A stretch of 64,000 nt of DNA from Methanobacteriota archaeon (GCA_903877165.1 CAIRCU010000032.1:16747-80746); one strand, 5' to 3'. Positions 8,463 to 18,640 are shown, counted from the stretch's first letter. Numbers and translations are program-made. Notes: generated by a model from the sequence alone, not told the origin.

Positions 8463-9779
8463 TTAGTCTTCAGGGAGGATGGTCTCGCGCGGGATCCTGG
8501 TAACGTCGAGAGATTGTCTTGTGTATGAGACTCGTGGGCGTGGCGCGAGCTGCAGGGTGGTTGAGGATTTTTTCTTCCGAGGATGGGATTCGATGTCGAT
8601 GGTGATCCCAAGGCCGTGTGGCGGTTTGAGGATGGTGAGATGGACTGCGGTGTGGCCATGGCTTGGGGAGTGGCGCAGCGGTACGTTCTTGCAGAGTCCT
8701 TGAAGCGCGGTAGTCTGGCCGTCGTCGGTGAAGGTGCCGTCGACGCGGCCGGGTAGTTCACAGAGGATGTAAGCGCGGAAAAATTTCTGTTGGGTCGGGA
8801 TGTCGATGTATTCGTAGCCGTCAGTGGTGGAGGTGAACCGTAACTTGATGGTCTTGTTGCCGAGTTTGCCGGTGACTTCCATGTCGCTGGGGTAGTAGAT
8901 GTCGTAGTCTTTGAGGTAGATGACTTTGGTGTATCTGAAGTGGACGTCGCAGAATTCCCAATATTTTTTCCCGTCTGGGGTGACGTAAAGGGTGCCGAAG
9001 GCTGGTCCGTCGTTGACCCATAGGAGGCTGTTGCCGAAGAAGAAGCTCCAGCCGTTGTCGCAGACGCCCCAGAGCCAGTCGTAGCCCAGCATATTGTTCT
9101 CGGTGGCGAAGCCGATACGGCTGGGGAGACGGTGGTGGTGCTGTGAGAACCACCAGTAGAAGAGGCGCAGGTACGTGTCCAGGGTCGTGCGCATGCCGCT
9201 CAGTCGTTGCAGGGGTTTTTCGTACGACCAGTTCCCGTACGCATGTTCGAGGTAGCCTTTGCCGTCCAGCGTGAAGGTCTTACCCTGCAGGGTCATGGTG
9301 CCGGTGAGGGCGCAGTGGGGGATGAACCCGTAGCGGTAGTGGTTGAGGCCGATGGGGAGGATGCCGTTGGTGGTCTCCTGGGTGATCCAGTGCGGGAGGG
9401 CCCGGGCGTCCATGTCGATGTCGGTGCTAAAGCCTTTGGCGTCGTCCTGGTGGTGGAGGTGGTACTTGGGGTACAGCCCCTGGAACGTGGTCTGCTTGTA
9501 TCGTAGGTCGATCCTGTTTTTCGTGGTGGTCAGTTCGCTAAGGTTGTCGTTGAGGTCCTTGTGTAGGACGCATTTTCCTGTGGTGAGGTCGATGAGGACG
9601 TATTGGAAGAAGCAGGAGGGCGGATCTTGGGTGACTGCGAACGATGTCATGAGGTTCCAGGTGTGCTGGTCATCGCGTGTGGTGAAGAAGAGTTCGGACG
9701 TCCACCATTCCTTCTTGATGGGGTGGTGGTCGCCTTCGTCTTGCGGCGTCCAGGGGTTCGCTGGTTCCATGGGTTCCAT
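8463..9779 (-). CDS. hypothetical protein, possibly CrtC/AttH-like (lipocalin-like hydratase fold)
   Basis: N-terminal KKEWWTSELFFTT segment resembles the EWWY motif region of the CrtC/AttH family and the REWWYFTAVF of 15702..17051. W/Y-rich beta-type composition. Lies between UbiA gene clusters. Confidence 0.35.
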   Translation of the reverse strand: MEPMEPANPWTPQDEGDHHPIKKEWWTSELFFTTRDDQHTWNLMTSFAVTQDPPSCFFQYVLIDLTTGKCVLHKDLNDNLSELTTTKNRIDLRYKQTTFQGLYPKYHLHHQDDAKGFSTDIDMDARALPHWITQETTNGILPIGLNHYRYGFIPHCALTGTMTLQGKTFTLDGKGYLEHAYGNWSYEKPLQRLSGMRTTLDTYLRLFYWWFSQHHHRLPSRIGFATENNMLGYDWLWGVCDNGWSFFFGNSLLWVNDGPAFGTLYVTPDGKKYWEFCDVHFRYTKVIYLKDYDIYYPSDMEVTGKLGNKTIKLRFTSTTDGYEYIDIPTQQKFFRAYILCELPGRVDGTFTDDGQTTALQGLCKNVPLRHSPSHGHTAVHLTILKPPHGLGITIDIESHPRKKKSSTTLQLAPRPRVSYTRQSLDVTRIPRETILPED

Positions 9780-9828
9780 AGGTGCCGGGCTCTCGTCCGC
9801 CTCGAAACGAGACGGTGAAATATAACCT

Positions 9829-10866
9829 TTGTCACTTGAAGGGAGGCTCTTAAGATTTATATGCGATTCACGAATTCGTAAGACCCTTGAGAGACGCGAG
9901 AGGATGACGATTTCTACGAAATTATTCGCTCATCTTGAGGCCATGCGGCCGTACACCCTGCTGTGGTGCGGTCTCGTCAGCCTCACAGGCGCAGTCCTCG
10001 CATCGCAGACGCTGCCTACTACGGCGGCCCTGATTTTCCTTGTCCCCATCCTCGGCTGGATCGCAGGGTTGTACCTCGCGGATTATTCCGACCGAAATTT
10101 GGACCGCATCCAAAAACCACACCGTCCGATCCCCTCCGGGCGCATCAAACCAAGCGAGGCGCTCCTCGTCGGCGCCGTCTTCGCCCTCGTAGGGCTTGCG
10201 CTCACCTTCATGCTCAGCCTGATAAACGTTCTGCTGACCTTCCTTGCCGCCGGCCTCGTCTACGTGTACGCCCGCTGGACGAAACCACGAGGCCTCCTGG
10301 GGAATCTGACGAGGGGGCTGCTGACCATGACGACGTTCCTCTTCGGCGTCGCCGCCGTCCACCCCGTGTCATCGTTGTCCCTTCCGATATGGATTGTCGC
10401 CGTGGTCTTCTTCATCCATGACACGAACAGCAACATCATCGGCGCCCTGAGGGACGTGACCGGAGACCAGGCCGCCGGTTGCACCACCACCCCGGTCCGC
10501 TACGGCATGCACATCGCGCTGCTCATCTCCCTGGGACTCACCCTCCTCTACCTCGGCATCACCATCACCCTCGTTGGCTCTAGCACCCTGCTCTCCTACC
10601 CCTCCTTGTTTTTTCTCATCCTAAGCCTGGGAATCGTTCTTCTCGGTATCATGTATGTCCTCCTCTTCCATTCGATCCACGCGCCATCCCAAGGACGAAT
10701 GCTACGTGCCCATGAGCTGTTCGTCGGCGAGCGCATCCTGTTCGCCTCCGCGTTCATCGTCGGATTCTTCGGTCTCACTGCATTCGCCGTCATCCTGACC
10801 GCATCCTGTCTGCTGCTCACCCTCCTGTCGCAGCACCTCTTGCGCAAACGCTACGAACTCACGTAA
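9829..10866 (+). CDS. UbiA-family prenyltransferase
   Basis: DYSDRNLDRIQKPHRPIPSGRIKP motif. Second motif HDTNSNIIGALRDVTGD. Polytopic membrane protein. Confidence 0.7.
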   Translation: MSLEGRLLRFICDSRIRKTLERRERMTISTKLFAHLEAMRPYTLLWCGLVSLTGAVLASQTLPTTAALIFLVPILGWIAGLYLADYSDRNLDRIQKPHRPIPSGRIKPSEALLVGAVFALVGLALTFMLSLINVLLTFLAAGLVYVYARWTKPRGLLGNLTRGLLTMTTFLFGVAAVHPVSSLSLPIWIVAVVFFIHDTNSNIIGALRDVTGDQAAGCTTTPVRYGMHIALLISLGLTLLYLGITITLVGSSTLLSYPSLFFLILSLGIVLLGIMYVLLFHSIHAPSQGRMLRAHELFVGERILFASAFIVGFFGLTAFAVILTASCLLLTLLSQHLLRKRYELT

Positions 10867-10922
10867 CCCCAGGGTGGAACCAGCACCTTTAAAGCACCCG
10901 TACCATATCTCAAGAGGGAATC

Positions 10923-11576
10923 ATGCCGTCCTCATTCATGACTCGCGTCTTCTCCCTTGCCCACCGGGTCGTCTTCCAAGAGGTCGGCAACAAGATTCCG
11001 ACGAACGCTCTGAAAACACTCATGGACCTCGGCTTCATTGTTTTTGAAAAAATGGGCGTCAAATTCCCTGCCATCTCCAACATATACCTGCGGTTCTACG
11101 AATCAGTCGTCCAACAAGAAGCGATGCTCGCCCAGGTCTCCAAAGGAGACAGCGTCCTCGTCATCGGCAGTGGCTCGCTGCCGGCGACGCCAATCCTCAT
11201 CGCGCGGTACACCGACGCCCACATCGTCTCCATCGACCGGGACCCCCAGGCCGTGAAAGCCAGCACCGAGTACATCCGCCGCATCCACCTCGACGACCGA
11301 CTCACCATCGCCTACGGCGAAGGACTCACCTACCCCGCCAAGGACTTCTCCGCCGTCTTCATCCTCTACGGTGTCAAGAACACACAAGCGGTCTTGGCCT
11401 CACTCCCCGACAGGATCTCGGACCATTGTCGCGTGATTCTGCGTCTCATGAGCGATAAGAACCACCAACTCCTCGACGACCTCGACATCACCAGCTACTT
11501 CACCATTAAAAAACAGGTGCACACGACCGTGCTTGGTTCGTTCGAAGCACTCCTACTTGAGAAAAAAACAACCTAG
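10923..11576 (+). CDS. putative SAM-dependent methyltransferase-like Rossmann-fold protein (paralog of 5796..6425)
   Basis: VLVIGSGSLPATP, IVSIDRDP, IAYGEGLTYP, SAVFIL. Adjacent to a UbiA gene. Confidence 0.45.
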   Translation: MPSSFMTRVFSLAHRVVFQEVGNKIPTNALKTLMDLGFIVFEKMGVKFPAISNIYLRFYESVVQQEAMLAQVSKGDSVLVIGSGSLPATPILIARYTDAHIVSIDRDPQAVKASTEYIRRIHLDDRLTIAYGEGLTYPAKDFSAVFILYGVKNTQAVLASLPDRISDHCRVILRLMSDKNHQLLDDLDITSYFTIKKQVHTTVLGSFEALLLEKKTT

Positions 11577-11662
11577 AAGTGGAAATCCCGCTTGTAGTAC
11601 CGCCGGAACGTGTAGTTCGTCCCCCGGGGGAACGGATGGATGTCCGCTTGCTCTTTGATTGA

Positions 11663-13810
11663 TCATGGGATGCTTCTTGGTCCTTTCCCTTTGTACACTG
11701 CCTCTGTGAAGTTTATCTGGCGCATGCGCGGCTGTGATGCGACCTCTTCGAAGTAATGGGCGGATAGACCCGCTATCCTCCCGTAGATGAAGAATGCTTT
11801 TGCCATCGAAGGGTCGAGTTTCATATCTGCCACTATGGCTCCGATCACCCCGTCGACGTTGATTGGCAGGCTCATTCCTCTCACCTGTTCAAAGATCGTG
11901 CTCACTATCTTGGAGAGCTGTACATGCTCACCAGCGACACCGGTCTGAGCGGAAAGCGCCCACAGCACGTCTCGGCGCGGGTCTTTTGTATGCAATCGAT
12001 GGCCTAAGCCTTCGATGCGTTTTCCTTCTTCGACGTACGTCCTCATGATCTCTCTGGTGGCTTGCGCGATGTCGATGTTCTCCTTCTCTGATTTCCTGAT
12101 ACATTCGTTGAAAAGCGCTGCTGCCTTCGCACCAGCGCCACCATGCACATCGGTTATCGCGCCGACGCCTTGAGCCACAGCGACCTCAAAAGGCGCTCTC
12201 GTGGATGCCGCGATGAGCGTCGCTTGGGCAGACGGGGGAGTCACCCCGTGGTCCACGCAGGCGACAATCATTGCTTCAATCATCCGAGACTGCTGTTCAT
12301 TCACTGTTGGATTCCCGGTGACTGCACGGTAGATGACATGTGAAAATGGTTCATTTCCACTACTCCTTTCTAGGGCTTTTTCCGTGTCCAATATTCCGCT
12401 GAGGTACCGAGCAACCCGGCCGAGGCAGAAAATCGTTTTTTTCACAGCTCCCTCTGTTCCAGCCTCAGGGAACTTCGCGAGTTCCTCGTCAAGGACGAAA
12501 TATTTCACCAGTGTTTTTGAGATATCCTCATTTTTCATGCGTGTGACTTTCGGGATGGGTCTTTGTGCTGCGTCGACAGCGATCTTTCGCATTTCCTCGA
12601 GGATTTTTTTATCGGGGAACTCTCCTTTTACGAGGAGGTAGGCCGTCTCAAGAAAACCCTTTTTCTCCACGATGTCCTGTAAGGAGTACCCAGAGATCAT
12701 CAGGTTATTTGGCATGACCTTGGTAACGAGGGTCCCCCACCCAGGTTTCTTAAAGGGTGCATCCCAGATCGTCTTCATTTTTTTGTAGTAGTTCTCCACA
12801 TCGAAGTAGGTTTTTTTCACAAGTCTCTTCTGAACCTCGGTGATGAGATCGTACTGGCTGTTCACCACGGGGACACCCGCGTTTTGCAAAGCGGTCTTCT
12901 TTGACTGGAACGTCCCGTAGACCTGCCCGGGGGAGACGATGGCGCCTGCATGGCCCATAGTTTTTCCCTCAGGGGCGTGCGCCCCGGAGATTAACGCGAC
13001 GAGTGGCTTTGGGTATTTCTTCGGGTTTTTCTTGATGTCATCTGCGAGGAGCTCTTCTTGGCATCCGCCGATTTCACCGGCGACGACGACGAGGTCAGTG
13101 TTCTTATAAGCCATGGCGAGTGGGACGAGGTCGCGGAATGTCGAGCCTATAGCACCGTCTCCGCCGACGCCGATCACAGCGTTTTGTGCGATGCCGACGC
13201 TTGCTAGTGCATCTGAGAGATGATACAGGATGGCGCCGCTTCGAGAGATGATGGTGACCCCTTTTGGCCCAAAAGCCTCAGGGGAGACTTCCTCGGGATA
13301 GAACACATCAGGGAGCATCCCTGCTTTGATTCCCTCTGGAGGGAAGATGACTCCGGGGGTGTTCCCGCCGATGAGTACGGTTTTGTGTTTCCGTGCTGCG
13401 ACAAGGATATCGCGGACGTCTTTCAACGGGATCCCTTCGCTGATGAGGATGACGACAGGGATGTCTGCTTCGATGACGTCGATGGTCGCATCCTTCGCGG
13501 TGGAATAATGCCGCCAGATGCTCGCGACTGCGATGTTGGGATGTTCTTTGAGGCATTCGCTGATGGTGTCGTAGACCGGTATCGTCTCAAGGAGCCGTGT
13601 TCCTCCGCGACCTGGGGCGATACCTGCCGTGATGGTTGTTCCGTACTGCTGCATGAGCTCCGCGTGTCGTGTCCCTTGTCCTCCAAGGCCGACGACCACG
13701 GTTTCGATGATCCCGGTTTGTTTGATTTTTTTCGCAAGATCCGGTCGTTTGTTCTCGATGATGTAGTAGAGCATTCCTTGATCCGGGGGCACGAGCTTCA
13801 TGGCTTCCAC
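11663..13810 (-). CDS. aclA: ATP-citrate lyase large subunit (CoA-binding/ligase domains plus citrate-synthase-like citryl-CoA lyase domain)
   Basis: N-terminal [12 protein letters not shown] CoA-binding region. Succinyl-CoA-synthetase-alpha-like segment. C-terminal citrate-synthase-fold segment with DVHGGAG. Start overlaps the aclB stop. Confidence 0.7.
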   Translation of the reverse strand: MEAMKLVPPDQGMLYYIIENKRPDLAKKIKQTGIIETVVVGLGGQGTRHAELMQQYGTTITAGIAPGRGGTRLLETIPVYDTISECLKEHPNIAVASIWRHYSTAKDATIDVIEADIPVVILISEGIPLKDVRDILVAARKHKTVLIGGNTPGVIFPPEGIKAGMLPDVFYPEEVSPEAFGPKGVTIISRSGAILYHLSDALASVGIAQNAVIGVGGDGAIGSTFRDLVPLAMAYKNTDLVVVAGEIGGCQEELLADDIKKNPKKYPKPLVALISGAHAPEGKTMGHAGAIVSPGQVYGTFQSKKTALQNAGVPVVNSQYDLITEVQKRLVKKTYFDVENYYKKMKTIWDAPFKKPGWGTLVTKVMPNNLMISGYSLQDIVEKKGFLETAYLLVKGEFPDKKILEEMRKIAVDAAQRPIPKVTRMKNEDISKTLVKYFVLDEELAKFPEAGTEGAVKKTIFCLGRVARYLSGILDTEKALERSSGNEPFSHVIYRAVTGNPTVNEQQSRMIEAMIVACVDHGVTPPSAQATLIAASTRAPFEVAVAQGVGAITDVHGGAGAKAAALFNECIRKSEKENIDIAQATREIMRTYVEEGKRIEGLGHRLHTKDPRRDVLWALSAQTGVAGEHVQLSKIVSTIFEQVRGMSLPINVDGVIGAIVADMKLDPSMAKAFFIYGRIAGLSAHYFEEVASQPRMRQINFTEAVYKGKGPRSIP

Positions 13811-15081
13811 CCCTTGGATTCAAGCGCTTTTTGGATGCCCTCGCGGATCACATCTGCCATGATCCGCTGGTTTCCCACGTAAATGGTCACGTATCGTAAT
13901 GCTTCCGGATTCTCCAGTTTCGCTCGTTCTAGGAACGTCCGTGCGCTGGGGAGATCGGTGCCGACCATCCTGCCATAGATAGGCACCATTCGTTTGCCGC
14001 TCTCATAGCGTTCTTTGACTGCTTGTACCATGCCGCGGATGAAGATGTCGCAGCTGGAGATACCGCCGAACCGTGAGGTGACGATGAGGTCGACGACTGG
14101 GTAATCCATGAGGAGGTGGAACATCTCAGCGACCCTGTTTTGTGGAGGCCCTCCGCCGCTGTCCATGAAATTCACGGGAACGACCCGGTCATGGAAGTAG
14201 CGATTACCGATGGTGGCTACCTCATCGATGGAGAAGATCCCGTATCCTGCGCCGCCGGGGATGAGGCCGACGTAGAGTTTCTTCGGGTCTTTCGTAAACG
14301 TCTCTGGTAAGAGATCGATGTACGGGAACCCCGCGGACTGCGCGCGCAGCTCGTTCTTCGTTCGTTCCGCCACGTCATGTCGTTTTTCTGTGATGCCAAG
14401 CATTTCAAGAAGCTCGACTTGTCTGAAGAGCGCGTTGTCGTCGAGTACGAGTTTTGCATCCGCTGCGACCGCACCCGTAGGGGTGATAATCAGGGGATTG
14501 ATTTCGCAGAGTCGGGCGTCGAACCGTTGATAGGTCGCGTACACCTGCGCGATGATATCTGCAAGGCTACCTGTGATATCTTTTTTATTCTTCAGTTGTG
14601 CAGCGAGGAACGCAGCGAGTTCGCGGGTTAGATTTTTCGAAAGCTCCTTGGCGTTATCCGGTAGTTCTCTCTTGATGATTGCCTCTGGTTTCTCCACCGC
14701 CACCTGCTCGATATCAACGCCTCCTGAGGCACTGACGATGACGACGTTGTTGAATGTGGCCGGGTCCATGGTGATGCCGATGTAGCACGCCCCGGCTTCC
14801 TCGACTACCTCTTCGAGGAGAATGCATTCCACGGGGAATCCTTTGATCACGAGCTTGAACAACTCCGTAGCTATTCTTTTTGCTTCCTCTCTGTTTTTCG
14901 CTTTTTTGATGCCGCCTGCTTTGCCTCTGCCGCCGACCAGCACCATGGATTTCAACATCACAGGGAATTCCATTGGTATTGCATCAAGCTCGTTGGGAGA
15001 ATGAATCACGCCGTACTGTTTCGGGGTGGGGATTCCCATGGTCTGAAAGACTTTTTTCGCCTCGTACTCGTACAGCTTCAT
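13798..15081 (-). CDS. aclB: ATP-citrate lyase small subunit (ATP-grasp, succinyl-CoA synthetase beta-like)
   Basis: MKLYEYEAKKVF...GIPTPK N-terminal ATP-grasp signature. GGRGKAGGIK. Forms a translationally coupled pair with 11663..13810. Confidence 0.7.
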   Translation of the reverse strand: MKLYEYEAKKVFQTMGIPTPKQYGVIHSPNELDAIPMEFPVMLKSMVLVGGRGKAGGIKKAKNREEAKRIATELFKLVIKGFPVECILLEEVVEEAGACYIGITMDPATFNNVVIVSASGGVDIEQVAVEKPEAIIKRELPDNAKELSKNLTRELAAFLAAQLKNKKDITGSLADIIAQVYATYQRFDARLCEINPLIITPTGAVAADAKLVLDDNALFRQVELLEMLGITEKRHDVAERTKNELRAQSAGFPYIDLLPETFTKDPKKLYVGLIPGGAGYGIFSIDEVATIGNRYFHDRVVPVNFMDSGGGPPQNRVAEMFHLLMDYPVVDLIVTSRFGGISSCDIFIRGMVQAVKERYESGKRMVPIYGRMVGTDLPSARTFLERAKLENPEALRYVTIYVGNQRIMADVIREGIQKALESKGWKP

Positions 15082-15614
15082 TTCTTCTGCTCTCCTTTCT
15101 TCTGCGTGGTCTTCTTTATCTCAAAATCGATGAAATCGCAGTGATGCACGATGATTGCCTCAGGCGTCCGGTTCATCGTGTCGCCCTCATGGGAGTGGGC
15201 GGCGATGATGAGGACGATCTCGGGTGGTAACCCCACATCCTGGGCTAGGGTCGCGCCGATCGCGGGATGACGCTGGGTCTGACTGCGGCGTTTCTCGACT
15301 TTCCCAGACACCAGCTCGTACTCCAGGAGCTTGCCGACGTCGTGGAGCAGCGCGCCGGCGATGAGGTAGTCTGTGTTGAGTTTCTCGTCGCGGACGGCCG
15401 CGACTGCTCCGGCAAGCTTCGTGATCCGCCTGGTGTGGTCGACGAGGCGGCCGGAGTCGGGGAAGAGCATGGTAAAGGGCACGTCTTCAAGCCTTGCCCA
15501 GTGGCCTTTGTCCTGCGCGGTCTTCCAGACGCGGCTGACCTTGTCGCGCAGATCCTTGTTCTGAATCAGAGATAATTCGGGGAACGTGCTCTCAAGACTC
15601 TCGTGTGATACCAT
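15078..15614 (-). CDS. HD-domain phosphohydrolase
   Basis: LLHDVGK and HH...D metal-binding motifs. Its stop overlaps the aclB start by 4 nt. Confidence 0.65.
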   Translation of the reverse strand: MVSHESLESTFPELSLIQNKDLRDKVSRVWKTAQDKGHWARLEDVPFTMLFPDSGRLVDHTRRITKLAGAVAAVRDEKLNTDYLIAGALLHDVGKLLEYELVSGKVEKRRSQTQRHPAIGATLAQDVGLPPEIVLIIAAHSHEGDTMNRTPEAIIVHHCDFIDFEIKKTTQKKGEQKK

Positions 15615-15701
15615 AAGCGGAAAGGCCTCCTACTCGATTCTCCGCAAGGTAATATCCTTGGCTTTTTAAAGATGCGCTCCTCGGAGAGGAACCGGTAAGA
15701 A

Positions 15702-17051
15702 GTGTACAGGAAGATATTAATAAAGAGAAAGCGGAATAAAAACCTAAGTCAACTGGTGAGAACCTTCATGCCTCGTAGATTGCGGACGATTGACGTGTGT
15801 ATCGTCGTTGGTTTATTGGTCGTTTCGACCGGTTTCCTCTACAAGGCAGAGTATCTTGCTCCTCTTTTCCCCACGTCTTCTCCACCAGTGACACCAGTTG
15901 ATACGAACACAACGTCTCCTGTGGTTGTGCCACCGACCTCCCTAGTCCCGTCGGTTCGTCGGGATGTTTCCGGGGATGATGAAGGTATGCATTTCGATAG
16001 CCTGCGCGTCTCGCGGGAATGGTGGTATTTCACCGCAGTGTTCAACGGTTCGAGTAACAATCTTGGTGAGTGGGCTGCTGCGATTGCGTTCGCCCATCTT
16101 GCGCCCGGGGATCTCCTGGGGACCGCGAAGCCCGACCTCCTGGTCGTCAGTCTTCTTGATTCGTCTGGTGCGCAGTACGGCGGCATGGTCAACAAACGGC
16201 ATTACCTAGGGATTCTGAAGAGCGGTACGCTCGTGGCGAGCACTCCTGGTGTGAAACTCAGCTATGATTCGTCTTGGGTGGAGGGCACGGCACCCTCGTG
16301 GCATGTGCACGCGGAGGATGCGGAGATCGACACGGCGCACACTGTGGTCATCGATCTGGATTATCATGCACAGGCGCTTCCGTTGTGGACGCTTGGGACG
16401 AAGGCGTTCGAACTTTCGAACAGCACACTAGCAAGTTATGTGTTCCTTGACTGTGAGATCTCCGGGACGGTGTCGATCGACGGCGTCGTTCATCAGGTCT
16501 CGGGTGTGGGCACGTATGAGCATACGTGGTCGCCGCGCGCCGTGACCCGAGCGGAGATCAACGGCTGGGACTGGTTCAGCATCAAGCTTGATAACGGCTG
16601 GATGGTCTATGCCTCGAACTATCTGCCGACGCCGCAGGCGCTGACTGAGAAAATCTCGGCGCTTCCTTCGTTTGGTACAATCGTCATCACCACGGATCAT
16701 GGGGAGACGTGCACGGAGCTGAAGAACCTGAATGTCAAGGTCACGACGCAGGATGAGAAGGTGTTCCCCTTGGTGAAGATGCCGTCTGCGTTTGATCTGG
16801 ATGCGTCGCCGAGCCTCAATCCGACGTACCTGGTGAGTCAGTCGCTGCTTCTCGGTACGGATTTGTCGTTGACGGCGAACGGCTCTGTTGTGAATTCGGT
16901 GGATAAGATTTGGAACTTCCCGACGTACGTGGGTATGAAGCTTGGGTACGTGGACATTAGCGGGGAGTTGTCGTGGTCTGATGCGACCGGCGAGCATGCT
17001 GTCCCCTTCAGCGGGATCGGCGTCTCGTGGAGCATGCGGGCGCTACTGTAA
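15702..17051 (+). CDS. membrane-anchored extracellular protein, CrtC/AttH-like domain with Thr/Pro-rich linker
   Basis: N-terminal TM helix. PVTPVDTNTTSPVVVPPTS linker. REWWYFTAVF motif and beta-rich body. Weak resemblance to 8463..9779. Confidence 0.35.
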   Translation: MYRKILIKRKRNKNLSQLVRTFMPRRLRTIDVCIVVGLLVVSTGFLYKAEYLAPLFPTSSPPVTPVDTNTTSPVVVPPTSLVPSVRRDVSGDDEGMHFDSLRVSREWWYFTAVFNGSSNNLGEWAAAIAFAHLAPGDLLGTAKPDLLVVSLLDSSGAQYGGMVNKRHYLGILKSGTLVASTPGVKLSYDSSWVEGTAPSWHVHAEDAEIDTAHTVVIDLDYHAQALPLWTLGTKAFELSNSTLASYVFLDCEISGTVSIDGVVHQVSGVGTYEHTWSPRAVTRAEINGWDWFSIKLDNGWMVYASNYLPTPQALTEKISALPSFGTIVITTDHGETCTELKNLNVKVTTQDEKVFPLVKMPSAFDLDASPSLNPTYLVSQSLLLGTDLSLTANGSVVNSVDKIWNFPTYVGMKLGYVDISGELSWSDATGEHAVPFSGIGVSWSMRALL

Positions 17052-17063
17052 GAGAATACTAAG

Positions 17064-17498
17064 TTATTTTTTTGGTGATACCGTGACTGTCCCGGTGTCT
17101 GCATCCAGTGTGACAGTGTCTCCGTTGTGGATCTGGTCGATGTCGATTTTATCGACGCAGGGGATGCCGGCGAGGATGACGCCTGTTGCGACAATCGTCT
17201 CGGTCTCCTTGTTGATGATGCCTTTGGGGCCGACCTTGTTCTTCGCCAGGCCGTAGATGACATAGGAGCCGACGGTGGAGCCTTTGCCGCAGGGGAAGAC
17301 GAGGATGGTGTCTTTGACGCTTTTTCCTTCGAGCGGATGGCCTTTTTCGATGACGATGCCGGTCTTGATGTTGACGCTGCCGTAGAAGCCGAGCGGTTCT
17401 TTGGAGACCAAGGCTGTGCCAGTGGCTTTCCCCGGGGAGATGATGCGTCCTTTCATCATGAGATTGCCTCCACGAGTGCGTCGAGGTTCGCGAAACAC
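17064..17498 (-). CDS. aconitase-X family small subunit (DUF126), putative phosphomevalonate dehydratase small subunit
   Basis: ~130-aa Gly-rich swivel-domain protein directly downstream of the AcnX large subunit. Probable true start is the internal MMKG (about 17459) abutting the upstream stop. Confidence 0.65.
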   Translation of the reverse strand: MFREPRRTRGGNLMMKGRIISPGKATGTALVSKEPLGFYGSVNIKTGIVIEKGHPLEGKSVKDTILVFPCGKGSTVGSYVIYGLAKNKVGPKGIINKETETIVATGVILAGIPCVDKIDIDQIHNGDTVTLDADTGTVTVSPKK

Positions 17499-18640
17499 AC
17501 GCTTTGTTTGCAGAAGCCGGGGAGGTAGTTGGCTGCTTTGCCGGAGGTGACCCCGGTAGTCTTGAAGCCCATATCTTCTATTGGTGAGACGACCATGCAG
17601 GTGTCAGCGACGATGTGGCCACCAGCTTTTTCTATGGTCTGGGTGTAGCCCATGCGGTCCGCTGCCTCTTTCATCATGCGTGAGGTGCAGACCCAGAGGG
17701 GTTTGCGCAGATGCTTTCCTTGGACTTTAGCGGCGACCGACCCTATTTCACGCAGTGAGGCATGCGGGCAGCCGAGGATGACGATGTCCGGTTCCTTGCC
17801 GGTGTTGAGCTTTGCGTAGGCGTCTTGGAGGTCTTTTTTGGTGACCGTGATGGTCTCCAGGTTGTCTTTCTTGACGAGGTCTGCTTCTGGGGTGAGGCCT
17901 TCGACGTGGTAGAGGGCGACGGCTCCTGAGGCCGCCATGGCCGCTCCGAGTGCCTTGAGCTGGTCGGTGTCCGCGTTCTTGATGCCGGTGAAATAGGGGA
18001 TCTTGTTCTTGATCTGTTTTCCGAGCGTGTAGCCGAGGGCGCCGAAGTCGGAGTCGAAGACGAGGTCTGTTTCGACGTTGATCTTGATGGAGGGTTGGCG
18101 TTCTTCCCAGCGGTGGAAGCCGTAGTTTGGGGTCTTGCCGCAGATGGCGGCGGCAAGCGCGGAGGGCCCTCCTTCACGGTTGGTGCGTGCGCCGATGACT
18201 GAGTTGGAAAATGAAATAGCCGAGGATTCTGACCAGGCGATGTGCTCGCGGAACCTGGGGAGGTTGCCGGCGAGGTACGGGGTACAGGTGGCGGTAATGA
18301 CGATGCCCATCTGTTTGAAGGCGTTCATGATGCGCATCTGGTTCTTTGCGAAAGCCTCGGGGAAGCCGAGTTTTTTCCAGTCTTCGAGGTCCATGCCTGC
18401 GGGGTTGAGGAAGGTGAGGACCTTGACTTTGGCTCCTTGTGCGGCGATGTCTTCGAGGAAGGTGGTGCCTGGTTCTTCGATGGATTTGTAGGAGACGCCG
18501 GCGACTTGGACAGATCCTACGGGGATCATCTTGTCTGCGCCGTAGATCTCGCCGAGGCGGACGAGGAGGCGGAACATGCGTTCGGCGACGGGGCCTGCTT
18601 CGCCGTTGAGGATTCCTTCTTCTTCTGTTGTTAAATACAT
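17456..18640 (-). CDS. aconitase-X family large subunit (DUF521), putative mevalonate-5-phosphate dehydratase large subunit
   Basis: 394 aa matching the AcnX/DUF521 architecture (GSVQVAGVSY...CTPYL...GCPHASL...). Paired with a DUF126 small subunit. Mevalonate kinase and a UbiD-like gene lie nearby. Confidence 0.7.
   Translation of the reverse strand: MYLTTEEEGILNGEAGPVAERMFRLLVRLGEIYGADKMIPVGSVQVAGVSYKSIEEPGTTFLEDIAAQGAKVKVLTFLNPAGMDLEDWKKLGFPEAFAKNQMRIMNAFKQMGIVITATCTPYLAGNLPRFREHIAWSESSAISFSNSVIGARTNREGGPSALAAAICGKTPNYGFHRWEERQPSIKINVETDLVFDSDFGALGYTLGKQIKNKIPYFTGIKNADTDQLKALGAAMAASGAVALYHVEGLTPEADLVKKDNLETITVTKKDLQDAYAKLNTGKEPDIVILGCPHASLREIGSVAAKVQGKHLRKPLWVCTSRMMKEAADRMGYTQTIEKAGGHIVADTCMVVSPIEDMGFKTTGVTSGKAANYLPGFCKQSVCFANLDALVEAIS

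Noticed and set aside
13220-13882. 220-aa plus-strand ORF antisense to aclA, and several Ser/Arg-rich minus ORFs in 13200-13800
   Set aside because: They overlap the well-supported aclA coding frame, and their composition is aberrant.
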